DNA from: Verrucomicrobiota bacterium
GTDB lineage: Bacteria > Verrucomicrobiota > Verrucomicrobiia > Limisphaerales > J093
Reading direction: 5' to 3'
DNA length: 64,000 nucleotides
Assembly: GCA_050012855.1 (NCBI GenBank)
Contig: JBEKGJ010000001.1
Span: 76,188-140,187 of the forward strand
In this document: positions 1 to 10,491 of the stretch, in pieces
Layout of the letters: the number at the start of each line of letters is the position of its first letter
Numbering within the stretch: the first letter of the stretch is position 1
Notes under the pieces: generated by a model
Told to the model about the DNA's origin: nothing
Database searches by the model: none
The model's input: the letters and a program-made list of their open reading frames with translations, nothing else
Position numbers and translations under genes: made by a program

Positions 1-302
1 GGGGCGCGTCTGGCCGCCGCTCGGGTACTCGCGGCTTCCTCCGGCCGCACGTCCACCGCCCGTACCGTCGCCGCCTTGCCTTCCACCTCGGCCACGGTGG
101 ATTTCAAGGCGTCGGTGCGGAGCGCGTAACGGTCGGGGTTGTAATGCCGGCCCTTCATCCAAATGGCGACACCGATGGCCCCGAGCAGGGCGACGATCGC
201 CACGCTGAGGACGCGCTCGGTCGCCGACACCCGGGTGCGCAGGAACGCCTTCCGATTGCGACCGGGAGCGGAACGGGGAGTGGCGACCGACGTTGGAGCC
301 AT
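1..302 (-). CDS. hypothetical membrane-anchored protein, N-terminal part (gene runs off the left edge)
   Basis: ATG at 302-300 (minus), 17 nt after the stop of the upstream AKR gene. Translation MAPTSVATPRSAPGRNRKAFLRTRVSATERVLSVAIVALLGAIGVAIWMKG... contains one hydrophobic helix. The frame stays open to position 1; it is absent from the ORF track because there is no stop in the window. Confidence 0.35.
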   Translation of the reverse strand, partial: MAPTSVATPRSAPGRNRKAFLRTRVSATERVLSVAIVALLGAIGVAIWMKGRHYNPDRYALRTDALKSTVAEVEGKAATVRAVDVRPEEAASTRAAARRA

Positions 303-319
303 GCAGGGCAGGCGCAGGC

Positions 320-1555
320 TCAGGCGAAGTAGCGCTGGGCGCGCCGGATGATGTCCGGATAATCGGTGTGGAAGGCACAGGCGTCGCGCAGGGCCGCCAG
401 GTCCACCTGGCTGGCGTCGCGCGCCGTTGCCGGCAGCGCGTGGTAAAGGTCGCGCGCGCCGGTGTGGCCGTCCTGTTCGTAGTAGGTGACGAACCGCGAG
501 ATGTCCAGCATCGCGAAGGCGGACGCGGCGGCGAACGTGTTGCAGGAAGGGCAACCCGGGCACATCGTGCGGCGGTGCGCGAGGATGGTTTCCTTCAGCA
601 CGTCGAGATGCGCGGTCTTGAGCGGCGTCTTATACGAGCGGGCGGCGGTGCTGCTGGCCTGCATCTGCTCCACGTTGTCAATCATGTTGCAGACGACGGC
701 AATGCGCGGATCGCTCCACACGGCGTGCAGCACGGCCTGATGTGTGGTGAGTCCCAGTTTGTCGAACTCCGGCAGGCGCTTGGGAACATCATGCGTGTTG
801 CGCATGGTCTTCATCGCGACCAGCGCAATGCCCTTGTCGTGGCAGGCGTCCAGCGCCCGGTCGAACGCGTCGCCCTTGGTGAAAAACGGCGTGTATTTGA
901 GCATGATGATGTCCACAAACCCGCCCTCCGCCGCGGCGCTGAGATAATCGTTCAGCCGCGCGTCGTGGCAGGAGAAACCCACCATCTTCACCTTGCCCGA
1001 GCTTTTCAGTTTCTCGGCAACCCGCTTGAATTCGTCGCTCTTGGGCCATTCGAGGGAAGCCTCGCCGTATTCGCCTGGACCGATGCCATGAATGTAGAAG
1101 GCGTCGAGATACTTCGTGCCGCATCGTTCCAGGCGGCGGTCAACCATTTCCAGGAGCTGCTCCGGTCCTTTGTGGGGATGATCCTTCGAGACGAGGAAAA
1201 TCTCCTTGCGGCGCTCCGGATACTTTTCCAGCCAGCCGCCGAAAAACGTCTCCGACTTGCCGTTCACATAACAGTCCGCCGTGTCGAAATAGCGGATGCC
1301 CATGGACCAGGCGATGTCGATGTACTGCGGGCTGAGGGCGCTCATCATGCCGCCCATGCAGAGGATGGTGACCTTGGGGCCGTTCTTGCCCAACTGCCGC
1401 AGCGGCAGGGGGCCGGTGTTTTCGGCGGCACTGGCCGGCGCCGCCGGGGCGGCGTCCTGGGCCATGACTGCCGGTGCGGCCGCCAGGGCCACGGGCACGG
1501 TCATGGCATTCCGGAGGAACTGGCGGCGGGAGGAGGAACCAACTATTTTTTGCAT
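320..1555 (-). CDS. aldo/keto reductase with Tat signal and C-terminal Cys-rich (Fe-S-like) extension
   Basis: ORF 320..1645 trimmed to the ATG at 1555 (MQKIVGSSSRRQFLRNAMTVPVALAAAPAVMA is a twin-arginine signal). AKR core (GIRYFDTADCY, LVSKDHPHKG). C-terminal MCPGCPSCN cluster. Confidence 0.85.
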   Translation of the reverse strand: MQKIVGSSSRRQFLRNAMTVPVALAAAPAVMAQDAAPAAPASAAENTGPLPLRQLGKNGPKVTILCMGGMMSALSPQYIDIAWSMGIRYFDTADCYVNGKSETFFGGWLEKYPERRKEIFLVSKDHPHKGPEQLLEMVDRRLERCGTKYLDAFYIHGIGPGEYGEASLEWPKSDEFKRVAEKLKSSGKVKMVGFSCHDARLNDYLSAAAEGGFVDIIMLKYTPFFTKGDAFDRALDACHDKGIALVAMKTMRNTHDVPKRLPEFDKLGLTTHQAVLHAVWSDPRIAVVCNMIDNVEQMQASSTAARSYKTPLKTAHLDVLKETILAHRRTMCPGCPSCNTFAAASAFAMLDISRFVTYYEQDGHTGARDLYHALPATARDASQVDLAALRDACAFHTDYPDIIRRAQRYFA

Positions 1556-1704
1556 AAACACAACAAATTTTGCCCATAAGCTACCACTTGCCCAAGACCT
1601 TGCAAGGGGTAAAGCGGCAGGACGCGTTTTTCTCGTTGCGGCCACGCTGCCCCTTGCCGCTGAAAACCCTCGCAGCCTCCGACCGCGAGCGCTATCCTCT
1701 TGGC

Positions 1705-3255
1705 ATGCGCCGTCCCGCCCTGGTGTTGATTGCCGTCGTCATCCTGGCCTGCGCCGCACGCGCCGGTGACTGGCCCCAATGGGCTGGTTCCGATGCCAAG
1801 AACATGGTCTCGCCCGAAGTGGGCCTGCCCGATTCGTTTGTGCCGGGAGAAAAGCAATCCGACGGCACGATCGACCTGGCGACCGCCCGGAACGTCAGGT
1901 GGGGAGTCAGGGTCGGCAACGCCATTTATGCCACGCCGTCCATCGCCAACGGAAGGATCTTCGTGGGCGGCATGGACCAGGCGAACGGCATCTTCGTTTG
2001 CCTGGAGGCGGCCACCGGAAAGGTCCTCTGGAAATGGCAGGCTCCCGCGAAGCAATTCCCGAAGGACATCGCCGGCTTTCACCTCGGCATCTACGAGATC
2101 CCGGCCCAGATGGGGGTGTGTTCCACGGCCGCGATCACTGGCGGCCGCGTTTACTTCGTAAGCCACCGCTTTGAGGTCGTGTGTTTGGACGTCAACGGAC
2201 TGGCCGGAACGGAGGCCGGCAATGCGCGCGTCATCTGGACCTTCGACATGCAGACGAACGCCGGCGTCTTTCCCTGTGATGCGTCGAACGGCTCGCCACT
2301 GATTGACGGCGAGCTGCTTTACGTGCCGACGTCCAACGGCGTGGATCGAAATTCGTTCAGCGATCCACGAAAGGAAAAAAACCGCAAATTCCCAGCCCCG
2401 GATGCGCCCAACATTATCGCCCTCGACAAGCGCACCGGCCGGCAGGTGGCCAGCGATGACACCCACATCACCGACAACCTGCTGCATGGACAATGGTCGT
2501 CGCTCTCCTTGGGCAAGGTGGGCGGGCGGAAATTGCTGTTTTTCGGCGGCGGTGACGGCTGTTGCTACGCCTTCGCGGCGCTGGCGTCGGTGCCGGAGAA
2601 ACCAGTCAAGCTAAAGACGGTGTGGTCGTACAACTGCATTCCGCCGGAATACAAGGCGGCGGCGAGTAACGACCGGATCACCCACTATTGCCTGGGCGAC
2701 AAGCGGGTCAGCGGCACGCTCAACAAGGATGACGGGACGTTCATGGGCGAGAGCGAGATCATCGGCACGCCGGTCTTTTATCACAATCGCATCTACGTGG
2801 CCATTGGCCGCGATCCTGAGCATGGCCGGGGACGCGGCGCATTGCACTGCATTGACGCGACCGGGACGGGGGACATTACCCAGACGGGCCGGGTGTGGAC
2901 GTACCAAGGCCTGGACCGGACCCTCTCGACGGTTTCCATCGCGGATGGCCTGCTCTATATCTGTGATGTCGGCGGGCGTCTGCACTGTGTGGATGCAGAA
3001 TCGGGACAGTGCTACTGGGTTCACGAGAGTAACTCGACCGTTTGGGGATCAACGCTTGTGGCGGACGGGAAGGTTTATATGCCCTCGCCGAAGGGCTTGA
3101 TCGTGCTGGCTTCTGGCAAGGAGAAAAAGATCCTCAGCCAGATCAATGTTGGGGCGACGATTGATTCCACGCCGGTCGTGTCCAACGGCACGCTCTACAT
3201 CGCATCGCGCGCCGGCTGGCTTTGGGCGGTCAGTCACGGCCTGCCGCTGAATTAG
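1705..3255 (+). CDS. PQQ-like / BamB-like beta-propeller repeat protein, secreted
   Basis: ORF 1570..3255 trimmed to the ATG at 1705 (MRRPALVLIAVVILACAARA signal). Recurring blade motifs: ANGRIFVGG, TGGRVYFVS, DGELLYVP, HNRIYVAIG, DGLLYICD, DGKVYMPS, NGTLYIAS. Confidence 0.75.
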   Translation: MRRPALVLIAVVILACAARAGDWPQWAGSDAKNMVSPEVGLPDSFVPGEKQSDGTIDLATARNVRWGVRVGNAIYATPSIANGRIFVGGMDQANGIFVCLEAATGKVLWKWQAPAKQFPKDIAGFHLGIYEIPAQMGVCSTAAITGGRVYFVSHRFEVVCLDVNGLAGTEAGNARVIWTFDMQTNAGVFPCDASNGSPLIDGELLYVPTSNGVDRNSFSDPRKEKNRKFPAPDAPNIIALDKRTGRQVASDDTHITDNLLHGQWSSLSLGKVGGRKLLFFGGGDGCCYAFAALASVPEKPVKLKTVWSYNCIPPEYKAAASNDRITHYCLGDKRVSGTLNKDDGTFMGESEIIGTPVFYHNRIYVAIGRDPEHGRGRGALHCIDATGTGDITQTGRVWTYQGLDRTLSTVSIADGLLYICDVGGRLHCVDAESGQCYWVHESNSTVWGSTLVADGKVYMPSPKGLIVLASGKEKKILSQINVGATIDSTPVVSNGTLYIASRAGWLWAVSHGLPLN

Positions 3256-3662
3256 AGCGGTGAGCGCCGCTGGACGACTCAGGGATGGTCACCGTGATGG
3301 CGGGGTCAGTTCCTTGGGCTGAACTCTCGTTAATGGCGGCCCCGGAATATTGTGCTCCGCGATGCCGGGGAGTTTTAGCTGCCGTAGTTGCACGAGAACG
3401 CGTGTTCTCCCCGGTCTTTTCCAATGCCCGGCCATCTCGACCTTTTCACCCCTCGCCAGGTGTACCGCCAAACGCTCCAGGATCGAATTTCGGTGAATAG
3501 TAAGAACCCTGATGCCCCTAGCGTAAGTGGGCTGCCAAGGAATTGATCCAGCGAGTACTTTTTCCGACTTTTAAACATCCTCGGGTATTTGGCCCCCAGC
3601 CATCAGCGGAAACATCAGCGGAAGCATTGCCAGGAGCGAAGTCTGTGGGCATACTGGCAGCG

Positions 3663-6008
3663 ATGATGACGATCCGATTGAGACTGGTTCTCCTCGTCTT
3701 TGTGATCGCGGCCTGCGCTCCCAGCCTCCATTGTCAGCCCGTTCGCGCTGGCGCCGGGGGCGACCGCAGCGCCGAAGGCCCGAGACCGACCGGCGTCTCG
3801 CCTTTCCTGGACCCTCCCTATCCTCCCAGTCCCGTGATCGAGAACATCGTATGGCACTGGGGAACGCACGCGACCGCGGCGCAAGGGAGTGATTTGTGGC
3901 CGGTCGCGTGGGGGCCGGACAATCACCTCTATGCCGCGTGGGGCGATGGTGGCGGGTTCGGTGGCTCGGATTCCGATGGGCGCGTGGCAATGGGCTTTGC
4001 CCGCATCGAAGGCCGGCCGGAACACTGGCGTGGGGTCAATGTGAACGGCGGGAAAAGTCCGGAGCATCCGGCGTCTTTCCCTCAGAAAGGCAAGACTGCT
4101 GGAGTCGCTTTTGTTGATGGCGTTTTCTACGCCATGATCAATTTGCAGGACGGGACCTGGCCCAAGGTTGACCATGTACTGGCCTGGTCCACCAATAAGG
4201 GAGCCACCTGGACCAAGGCCGACTGGGTTTTTGCCAAGGGCGCAGGGACATTCCAGCCGGCGAAGTTTCTCACCTTCGGGAAAGATTACACCGGGGTGCC
4301 CGAGCCGCTTGCCGGATACGTCTATCTCTACGGGCCCAAGCAATCGGCCGACCAGGGAAGCGGCAATCGGCTCTACCTGGCCCGGGCACCCAAGAACAGA
4401 CTGCGCGAACAGGCTGCCTACGAGTTTTTTCAAAAACCCGATGCGGCTGGAAAACCAGTGTGGGTGGTGGAGAGCGCCCAGGCGCAGCCGGTGTTCAGCG
4501 ACCCCAATGGGGTGACGCCGGGTTCGGTCGGCTACAATCCCGGGTTGAAGCGTTTTGTGCTCACCTGCTTTCACGTCGGACCCGGTCAACTTGGCGTATT
4601 CGACGCGCCGAGTCCCTGGGGGCCTTGGACGACGGTGGCGTATTACGAGGACTGGGGCGGGATGGGCAGGGAGGGGGAGGGCCTGACCTGCGGGTTTCCA
4701 GAAAAATGGATGAGCGCCGATGGCCGGACGCTGTGGAGCATTTTCAGCGTCTATGGCGCGGGCGCGAAAAGGGGCATCAACGCCCACGACCGATTCAACC
4801 TGGTCGAAGCCACGCTTCAGCTTCGCGGGCAGGAGTCGCATGAACTCTCGGACGCCGCCATCGAGCAATACCGCAAGGGCCGGTTGGTCATCGAGGCGGC
4901 ACCGGGGACGGAAGTCATGGTCGAACAGCAGCGGCATGAGTTTTGGTTTGGCGCGGCCCTGGCCAGCCAGGCATTCAACGGCAGCATGGGGCCCGAACAA
5001 AGGGAAAAGTATCTCAGCGTGTTTCTGACCAATTTCAACGCTGCGGTCACGGAGAACGCCCTGAAGTGGCACAGCATGGAATCACGCCGCGGAAACATCA
5101 ATTACCGCACTGTGGAGGCCATCCTTGCCTGGACCGATCAGCATCAGATGCCATTGCGAGGGCACAACGTCTTTTGGGGTGTGCCCGACATGGTGCAGGG
5201 CTGGCTCAAACAACTCTCCGACGAAGAACTCCGGCAAACGCTCCAGGCACGAGCTCAGGATGTGGCGAAACGGTTTCGCGGCCGGTTTGCGGAATACGAT
5301 CTGAACAATGAAATGTTACACGGAAATTACTACGAGCAGCGCCTGGGTCCAAACATCACGCGGGACATGGCTGCGTGGATGCGGCAGGAGGATCCAAAGG
5401 CCGTCCTCTTTTTGAATGACTACGATATTCTGACCGGCAAAATGGTTGGCGCCTATGTCTCCCAGATTCGTCAATTCCTGGATCAAGGCATTCCCGTGGG
5501 CGGCATCGGAGTGCAGGGCCACCTGCATGGAGATTCGTTCGATCCCGTCGCGCTCAAGGACGCGTTGGACCGGCTGGCCGTGTTCCATCTTCCCATCCGC
5601 GTCACTGAATTCAACTTCCCTGGACAGCGCTCAAAATACGGTCAGAGACCGGCGCAATTATCGGAGGAAGAGGAACAGGCCAAAGCCAGGGCACTCGTTG
5701 ATTATTACCGGATCTGCTTCGCCCATCCGGCGGTTGAGGGGATCATGATGTGGGGTTTCTGGGAAGGTGCCAACTGGATTCCAGTCTCCTCGCTGTATCG
5801 GAGGGACTGGACACCGCTGCCTGCTGCCGAGGCCTACCGGGATTTGGTTTTCAACCAATGGTGGACTCGCTGGCAGGGCCGCACGGATGCCCACGGCCAC
5901 TGCGAAGTGCGGGCGTTCTACGGCCGATACCTTATCAGCGTGCAAGGCCAGGATCGGGTGGTCAACCTGCGCAAATCCGATGGCATATTGCGGGTTTCTT
6001 TCCCGTGA
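3663..6008 (+). CDS. secreted two-domain glycoside hydrolase: N-terminal DUF4185/BNR-like propeller plus C-terminal GH10 endo-beta-1,4-xylanase
   Basis: ATG at 3663 with signal MMTIRLRLVLLVFVIAACAPSLHC. C-terminal half carries GH10 hallmarks (TENALKWHSME, YDLNNEMLHG acid/base, IRVTEFNF nucleophile). Confidence 0.85.
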   Translation: MMTIRLRLVLLVFVIAACAPSLHCQPVRAGAGGDRSAEGPRPTGVSPFLDPPYPPSPVIENIVWHWGTHATAAQGSDLWPVAWGPDNHLYAAWGDGGGFGGSDSDGRVAMGFARIEGRPEHWRGVNVNGGKSPEHPASFPQKGKTAGVAFVDGVFYAMINLQDGTWPKVDHVLAWSTNKGATWTKADWVFAKGAGTFQPAKFLTFGKDYTGVPEPLAGYVYLYGPKQSADQGSGNRLYLARAPKNRLREQAAYEFFQKPDAAGKPVWVVESAQAQPVFSDPNGVTPGSVGYNPGLKRFVLTCFHVGPGQLGVFDAPSPWGPWTTVAYYEDWGGMGREGEGLTCGFPEKWMSADGRTLWSIFSVYGAGAKRGINAHDRFNLVEATLQLRGQESHELSDAAIEQYRKGRLVIEAAPGTEVMVEQQRHEFWFGAALASQAFNGSMGPEQREKYLSVFLTNFNAAVTENALKWHSMESRRGNINYRTVEAILAWTDQHQMPLRGHNVFWGVPDMVQGWLKQLSDEELRQTLQARAQDVAKRFRGRFAEYDLNNEMLHGNYYEQRLGPNITRDMAAWMRQEDPKAVLFLNDYDILTGKMVGAYVSQIRQFLDQGIPVGGIGVQGHLHGDSFDPVALKDALDRLAVFHLPIRVTEFNFPGQRSKYGQRPAQLSEEEEQAKARALVDYYRICFAHPAVEGIMMWGFWEGANWIPVSSLYRRDWTPLPAAEAYRDLVFNQWWTRWQGRTDAHGHCEVRAFYGRYLISVQGQDRVVNLRKSDGILRVSFP

Positions 6009-6137
6009 CGGCGGGCTGGTCGCAGAGGGCTCGCTCGTGCGTTCGCATGCATTCCCCGTTTGACTCGCCTCTCCTCGACATGCGACGCTTGCGAAGCTGA
6101 TCGGTCATGAAGACGAAGGCGCTTTTGATCCGCCCAA

Positions 6138-6875
6138 ATGTCAAAAACGAGCATGAAAATGAACAGACGCGAATTGTTAGCCGCCCTCGCCGCGAGCGGT
6201 TCCGGTCTGCTGGCCCAGGAGCCGGCTGGAGTCGAGCCATCCTTATACACTCCCAAGGCGCACCGGGTCGAGGATCGCGCGTTCCTGCACGACTTCATGG
6301 ACGAGTATCCGTTCGTGGATCTGATTACGGGTTCACCGACGCTGCGGGTCACGCATATCCCGGTGATTCTGGACCGCACGGCGGGCGCTTACGGGAAGAT
6401 TTGCGGGCATGTCGCGCGGCAGAATCCGCAGAGTCAGACGCTCGACGGGCGCCAGGCGGGCGTGATCGTCTTCCGCGGCCCGCATGGATACATCTCGCCG
6501 ACCTGGTTTGCCGACAGGAACGTCGTGCCGACCTGGAACTTCGCCGTCGTTCACGCCACGGGCCGGCCGCGGGCGATCACCGACAAAACCAGCCTGCACG
6601 CCATGCTGGCCAGGTTGATTGCCAAATTCGAAAGCTATCAGGCCTCCGGCTACGACTTTTCGAAGCTGCCGGACAGCTATGTGGCTTCGTTGATGAGTGG
6701 CATCGTCGGATTCGAGATGGAGATCGAGTCGCTCGAAGGCAAGTTTAAGCTCGGCCAGGAACACAGCGAAGGCGACAAGCAAAGCGTGCTGGAGCATCTG
6801 CGCCAGGCGGCGCAGCGGCAGCGATCGCTCGCCGATCTCTCCGCGAGCTTTTACCAGCGCTCATCACCGAAATAA
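6138..6875 (+). CDS. PaiB-family FMN-binding split-barrel protein with Tat-type signal
   Basis: N-terminus MSKTSMKMNRRELLAALAASGSGLLAQ. Body matches the PaiB/FMN_bind_2 style (HIPVILDR, GHVARQNPQ, YISPTWF, VPTWNFAVVHATG, KFKLGQ). Confidence 0.75.
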   Translation: MSKTSMKMNRRELLAALAASGSGLLAQEPAGVEPSLYTPKAHRVEDRAFLHDFMDEYPFVDLITGSPTLRVTHIPVILDRTAGAYGKICGHVARQNPQSQTLDGRQAGVIVFRGPHGYISPTWFADRNVVPTWNFAVVHATGRPRAITDKTSLHAMLARLIAKFESYQASGYDFSKLPDSYVASLMSGIVGFEMEIESLEGKFKLGQEHSEGDKQSVLEHLRQAAQRQRSLADLSASFYQRSSPK

Positions 6876-7286
6876 GACGAATGCGGACGAGGCGACCTGG
6901 ACCAGTTTGAACCCCGGGCGCTGGGAGCGACCCGATGCTGGGCGCAAGCGGGAGTGACCGGGCACGTGTGGCCCGGCCGTCCACCACCCGCCAATAGCCC
7001 AATCCGGCAGGCACATGCTGCATCGTCCCCATTTTCTCTTTGAACATGAACGCGGAACGAGAAATTGGGGCTGCGGAGCACCGCCGGCCCTACCAGGTTG
7101 GGCCAGCGGCCGGTTGACGTCGTGGCCCGCTGGTCCACGACCGGCTTCACTGTCTTGGGTAAGCTTTTACCTCGTTTTCTGTAAACTGTTGATAAGCAAT
7201 ATCATTGATTTCAAGGCATGCACTTGCAAAGGCGGGACCGAATTTGATCTTGACGCCAGCTTGCCCCGGAGCATACGCTGGTATTC

Positions 7287-7580
7287 ATGGACACCAGCAC
7301 CCACAGCATTATCCGGGGTTACATCGACAAGCTTTACGCCTTTAAAGACAGCCGTGATGCCGACAGCCATCAGAGGCCGTTGATGGCGGAGATTCAGGTT
7401 GCGATTGCCATAGAGCAGTCGCAGACAGCGGAAAAAATGAAGGAGCAGATCAATACGCTCGTGACTGAGACAGTCAAGCTTACTGGACTAACGAAACACC
7501 TCCGTTGCTTCACCATCGTTCTTGTTGTGTTTGCCCTTATACAGATCGTTATAGCGGTTTTGCCGTACTGCCATTTATGA
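7287..7580 (+). CDS. hypothetical small protein with C-terminal TM helix (lower-GC islet)
   Basis: 97-aa ORF. C-terminal FTIVLVVFALIQIVIAVLPY. Its stop overlaps the next ATG (ATGA at 7577-7580). Confidence 0.4.
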   Translation: MDTSTHSIIRGYIDKLYAFKDSRDADSHQRPLMAEIQVAIAIEQSQTAEKMKEQINTLVTETVKLTGLTKHLRCFTIVLVVFALIQIVIAVLPYCHL

Positions 7581-8029
7581 AATACACTGTATTATTGATT
7601 GTACTCCTGATTGCGGTCACGGGATGCGGAAAGCCCAAACCAAAGAGTACCAGACTACAGCCATATATTGATTTGTGCCAGAATATCCTACTCAGCTTGC
7701 CGCTTCCGCAAGATGCCGAGGTAGATGGAATGCAGAAGACATTTAGCAATTGGTATGAGGCCGTTTCGGCTGCATTTCCAAAAGGCAGTAAGGAATATAA
7801 CACTATTTACCCTGTTGTTGAACAATATATGTCGTACATAGCCTGTGTTAAAATCGGTCGGGAGTCTTTAGCGGATACTGTGCGGATACTGGGTCCCACT
7901 ATGACGGCCGAGGAGTTAAAGCAGAAGAGGGACGAAAGCTACGCCTCAATGTTGCAGCAGTATAATCTAACAAGGGAAAAAGCGAGGGACGCTGCGACGA
8001 TTTTGGAGAAGATTCAATCCGAGGATTAG
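7577..8029 (+). CDS. hypothetical lipoprotein (lower-GC islet)
   Basis: ATG at 7577. Lipobox MKYTVLLIVLLIAVTGC. Translationally coupled to 7287..7580. Confidence 0.55.
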   Translation: MKYTVLLIVLLIAVTGCGKPKPKSTRLQPYIDLCQNILLSLPLPQDAEVDGMQKTFSNWYEAVSAAFPKGSKEYNTIYPVVEQYMSYIACVKIGRESLADTVRILGPTMTAEELKQKRDESYASMLQQYNLTREKARDAATILEKIQSED

Positions 8030-8138
8030 CATTCACGACCAAGCTCAGGCACGCGGGAGGAAAAACCATGAACAACCTGAATCTCAGCGACAAACCCGGA
8101 TCAGCCGTCCCGCGTTGGTTAGGCGACTTACGCGGGAT

Positions 8139-8426
8139 TTAAACGCCATCCTGATCTCCAAGGGGGTCTGCACGCCGGCCTGAAATAGATGGTCTTAGTG
8201 GTGCCTGCTTCAATCTCGCAAGCTCGGCATCAACCGTGTTCTTTTCCGTGCGGAGTCTGGCTACCACTGCCGCATGGTCAGCATCGTTCTTGGCTATGCG
8301 GTCGAGGAGGGAATCATCCGCCTCCAAATGCTGCTGCAAAATGACGAGGTGCGTCCTAATTTCATGCGGTGGTTTGTGGTCAAGAACAAACTGTTCGATT
8401 GCTTTAAGGTGTTCAGTAAGCTTCAT
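8139..8426 (-). CDS. hypothetical small helical protein (lower-GC islet)
   Basis: 95-aa ORF with ATG at 8426, convergent with the lipoprotein gene. No recognisable motif. Confidence 0.4.
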   Translation of the reverse strand: MKLTEHLKAIEQFVLDHKPPHEIRTHLVILQQHLEADDSLLDRIAKNDADHAAVVARLRTEKNTVDAELARLKQAPLRPSISGRRADPLGDQDGV

Positions 8427-8852
8427 AGTTTTGTGTGGGCTAACAGGTCAAGTTCGCTTTCTGCTGTTGTCATATCCGCTCCACCTTGCCGCCCCCCTGA
8501 CACGGTGGCGAGCCTTTTCTGCCCGGGCAGGCACCAACCCAGCCAGACGCCTTTGCGCCGCCTTGACGCCCCCGGACGGGCACAAGAACACGCTTTCCGC
8601 CCAAGGCCAGCAAAGGGGGCAATTTTGCAGGAAATCCGCCCGTGTTATTATTTTTGTTCTTGTTCCGTCTCTATATTCTCGCCGTTTAAGTTGCTGCTTT
8701 TGAATGGGTTAAACATGCTTTAATAATGTAAGTGATTGATTATCAATACTTAATGAGAATAGAAATTCGTTTTTGCTGGTGTTTTTGAGGCAATTCCAAC
8801 TACGGTTGGTAACTGGCAGCCGTAGTCCGGGAACAGTGTCCGGATGGGTCCA

Positions 8853-10367
8853 TCACGAACGCCCCGGCGGGCGCGCGCCTTTCCCGGCACGCTGGGTCAA
8901 CGCGTCGCCCAGTTCGCCGCGCGCCTGTTCCGCCTCGGCCTCGAGGCGGGCAACGACGTCAGCGTGTCCGGCCGCCACATCCGTCGCCTCGGAAATGTCG
9001 CTTTCGAGGTCGTAAAGCTCGGCCCGTTCCAGTTTGCGCTGCTCATAAGGCACGGGCGTTCCACCGCGACCGCCGGGCCGGCCGCCGAGCGTGCTGTAGG
9101 TGTGCGGCAGTTGCAGCTTCCACCGGCCGTCCCCCGTGACCACGGCCTGAAGCTGGTTGTTTTCGTAGTAAAACCAATAGGCGGTGTGCGGGTTCTTCGC
9201 TCCGCGTTGGCCGGAGATGATCGGCCAGACGTCGAGCCCGTCAATCGGGTGGTCGGGCAGCTTCGCCCCGATGAGCTTCGCGATGGTCGGGAACAGGTCA
9301 ATGGTCATGAGCATCTGCCGGGACTCGGTGCCGGCGGGGATTTGGCCCGGCCAGCGCATGATGCACGGCTCGCGCGTGCCGCCCTCCCAGTTGGTGCCCT
9401 TGCCCTCGCGCAACGGATACGCCGACCCCGCGTGCTCGCCGTAGCTCAGCCACGGGCCGTTGTCCGACGTGAAGATGACCCAGGTGTCCTTTTCCACACC
9501 GGCCTTCCGTAACGCTTCGAGGATCTGCCCCACCGACCAGTCAATCTCCTCAATCACGTCGCCGTAAAGGCCGCGCGCCGTTTTGCCGCGGAACTTGTCG
9601 CTCACGTGGAGCGGGACATGCGGCATGTTGTGCGCCACGTACAGGAAAAACGGATGGTCCTTGTTTTGCTCAATGAAGCGGACCGCGCGCTCGGTGTACC
9701 AGGTCGTGAGCTGGTTCTGATCTTCGTGGGTGATTTGCGGGATCACGACCTTCTCGCCCTCGAACATGGTCAGTTCCGGATAGCGTTTGCGCTGCTCGGA
9801 ATCGGGCGGGAGCTTGACCAGGTCCGGATGCAGCGGCCACATGTCGTTGGAGTACGGCAGGCCGAAATACGCATCGAAGCCGTGGCGCGTGGGCAGAAAC
9901 TGCGGCGCGTCGCCGAGGTGCCATTTGCCGAAGATGCCGGTGGCATAGCCACGCTGCTTCACCAACTGCGCCAGGGTCATCTCGCCATCGCCGAGGCCGG
10001 TCCGGGACCGCGGGCTGAGCGCGCCGTGGATGCCGATGCGGTTCGGATAGCAACCCGTCAACAGCCCTGCGCGGGAAGCGGAGCACACCGGTTGGGCCAC
10101 GTGGAAATTGCGGAAGATGCACCCCTCGGCCGCCATGCGGTCGAGGTTCGGCGTAGTGAAACCTTTCGCGCCGAACACGCCCACATCGGCATAGCCCTGG
10201 TCATCGGTGAAAACGATGACGACGTTGGGCCGATGCGCGTCGCGGGCCACGGCGGGGGCGACTGCCGCCCAGGCAACGAGGAGCGCCAGAATGCCACGTC
10301 CCACTGCCCGCAACGTGGCGGGCCGGGCAGACGGGTGCCGTCCACCGACATGATGGCACTTGTTCAT
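8853..10367 (-). CDS. arylsulfatase (type I sulfatase family)
   Basis: ORF 8853..10631 trimmed to the ATG at 10367 (signal ...[16 protein letters not shown]). [15 protein letters not shown], active-site box [17 protein letters not shown]. Confidence 0.9.
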   Translation of the reverse strand: MNKCHHVGGRHPSARPATLRAVGRGILALLVAWAAVAPAVARDAHRPNVVIVFTDDQGYADVGVFGAKGFTTPNLDRMAAEGCIFRNFHVAQPVCSASRAGLLTGCYPNRIGIHGALSPRSRTGLGDGEMTLAQLVKQRGYATGIFGKWHLGDAPQFLPTRHGFDAYFGLPYSNDMWPLHPDLVKLPPDSEQRKRYPELTMFEGEKVVIPQITHEDQNQLTTWYTERAVRFIEQNKDHPFFLYVAHNMPHVPLHVSDKFRGKTARGLYGDVIEEIDWSVGQILEALRKAGVEKDTWVIFTSDNGPWLSYGEHAGSAYPLREGKGTNWEGGTREPCIMRWPGQIPAGTESRQMLMTIDLFPTIAKLIGAKLPDHPIDGLDVWPIISGQRGAKNPHTAYWFYYENNQLQAVVTGDGRWKLQLPHTYSTLGGRPGGRGGTPVPYEQRKLERAELYDLESDISEATDVAAGHADVVARLEAEAEQARGELGDALTQRAGKGARPPGRS

Positions 10368-10491
10368 GGACAGACATAGTGTCCACGAAAACCGCCCTGG
10401 CAAGTCAAAGCTGTCCGGCTCCATTGGTTCACCACGCGCAGGTCCTCCGACCTGAATTCGCCGCGGTGCGCCGCGCCGCCGGCACCCGGCG

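Noticed and set aside
293-1579. Long GC-rich ORFs antisense to or overlapping confident genes. Examples: 293..1579, 1543..2493, 3615..5072, 9606..10379, 10615..11565, 23690..25081, 25390..26733, 26755..27975, 28637..29938, 31380..32432, 41727..42935, 50078..51646, 51352..52455, 52512..53996, 53524..54852, 54952..56136, 56673..58304, 60150..61394, 62129..63649.
   Set aside because: These are shadow ORFs, typical of high-GC DNA. Their translations are Arg/Gly/Pro/Ala-rich with no motifs, and the opposite or alternative frame carries clear family signatures.
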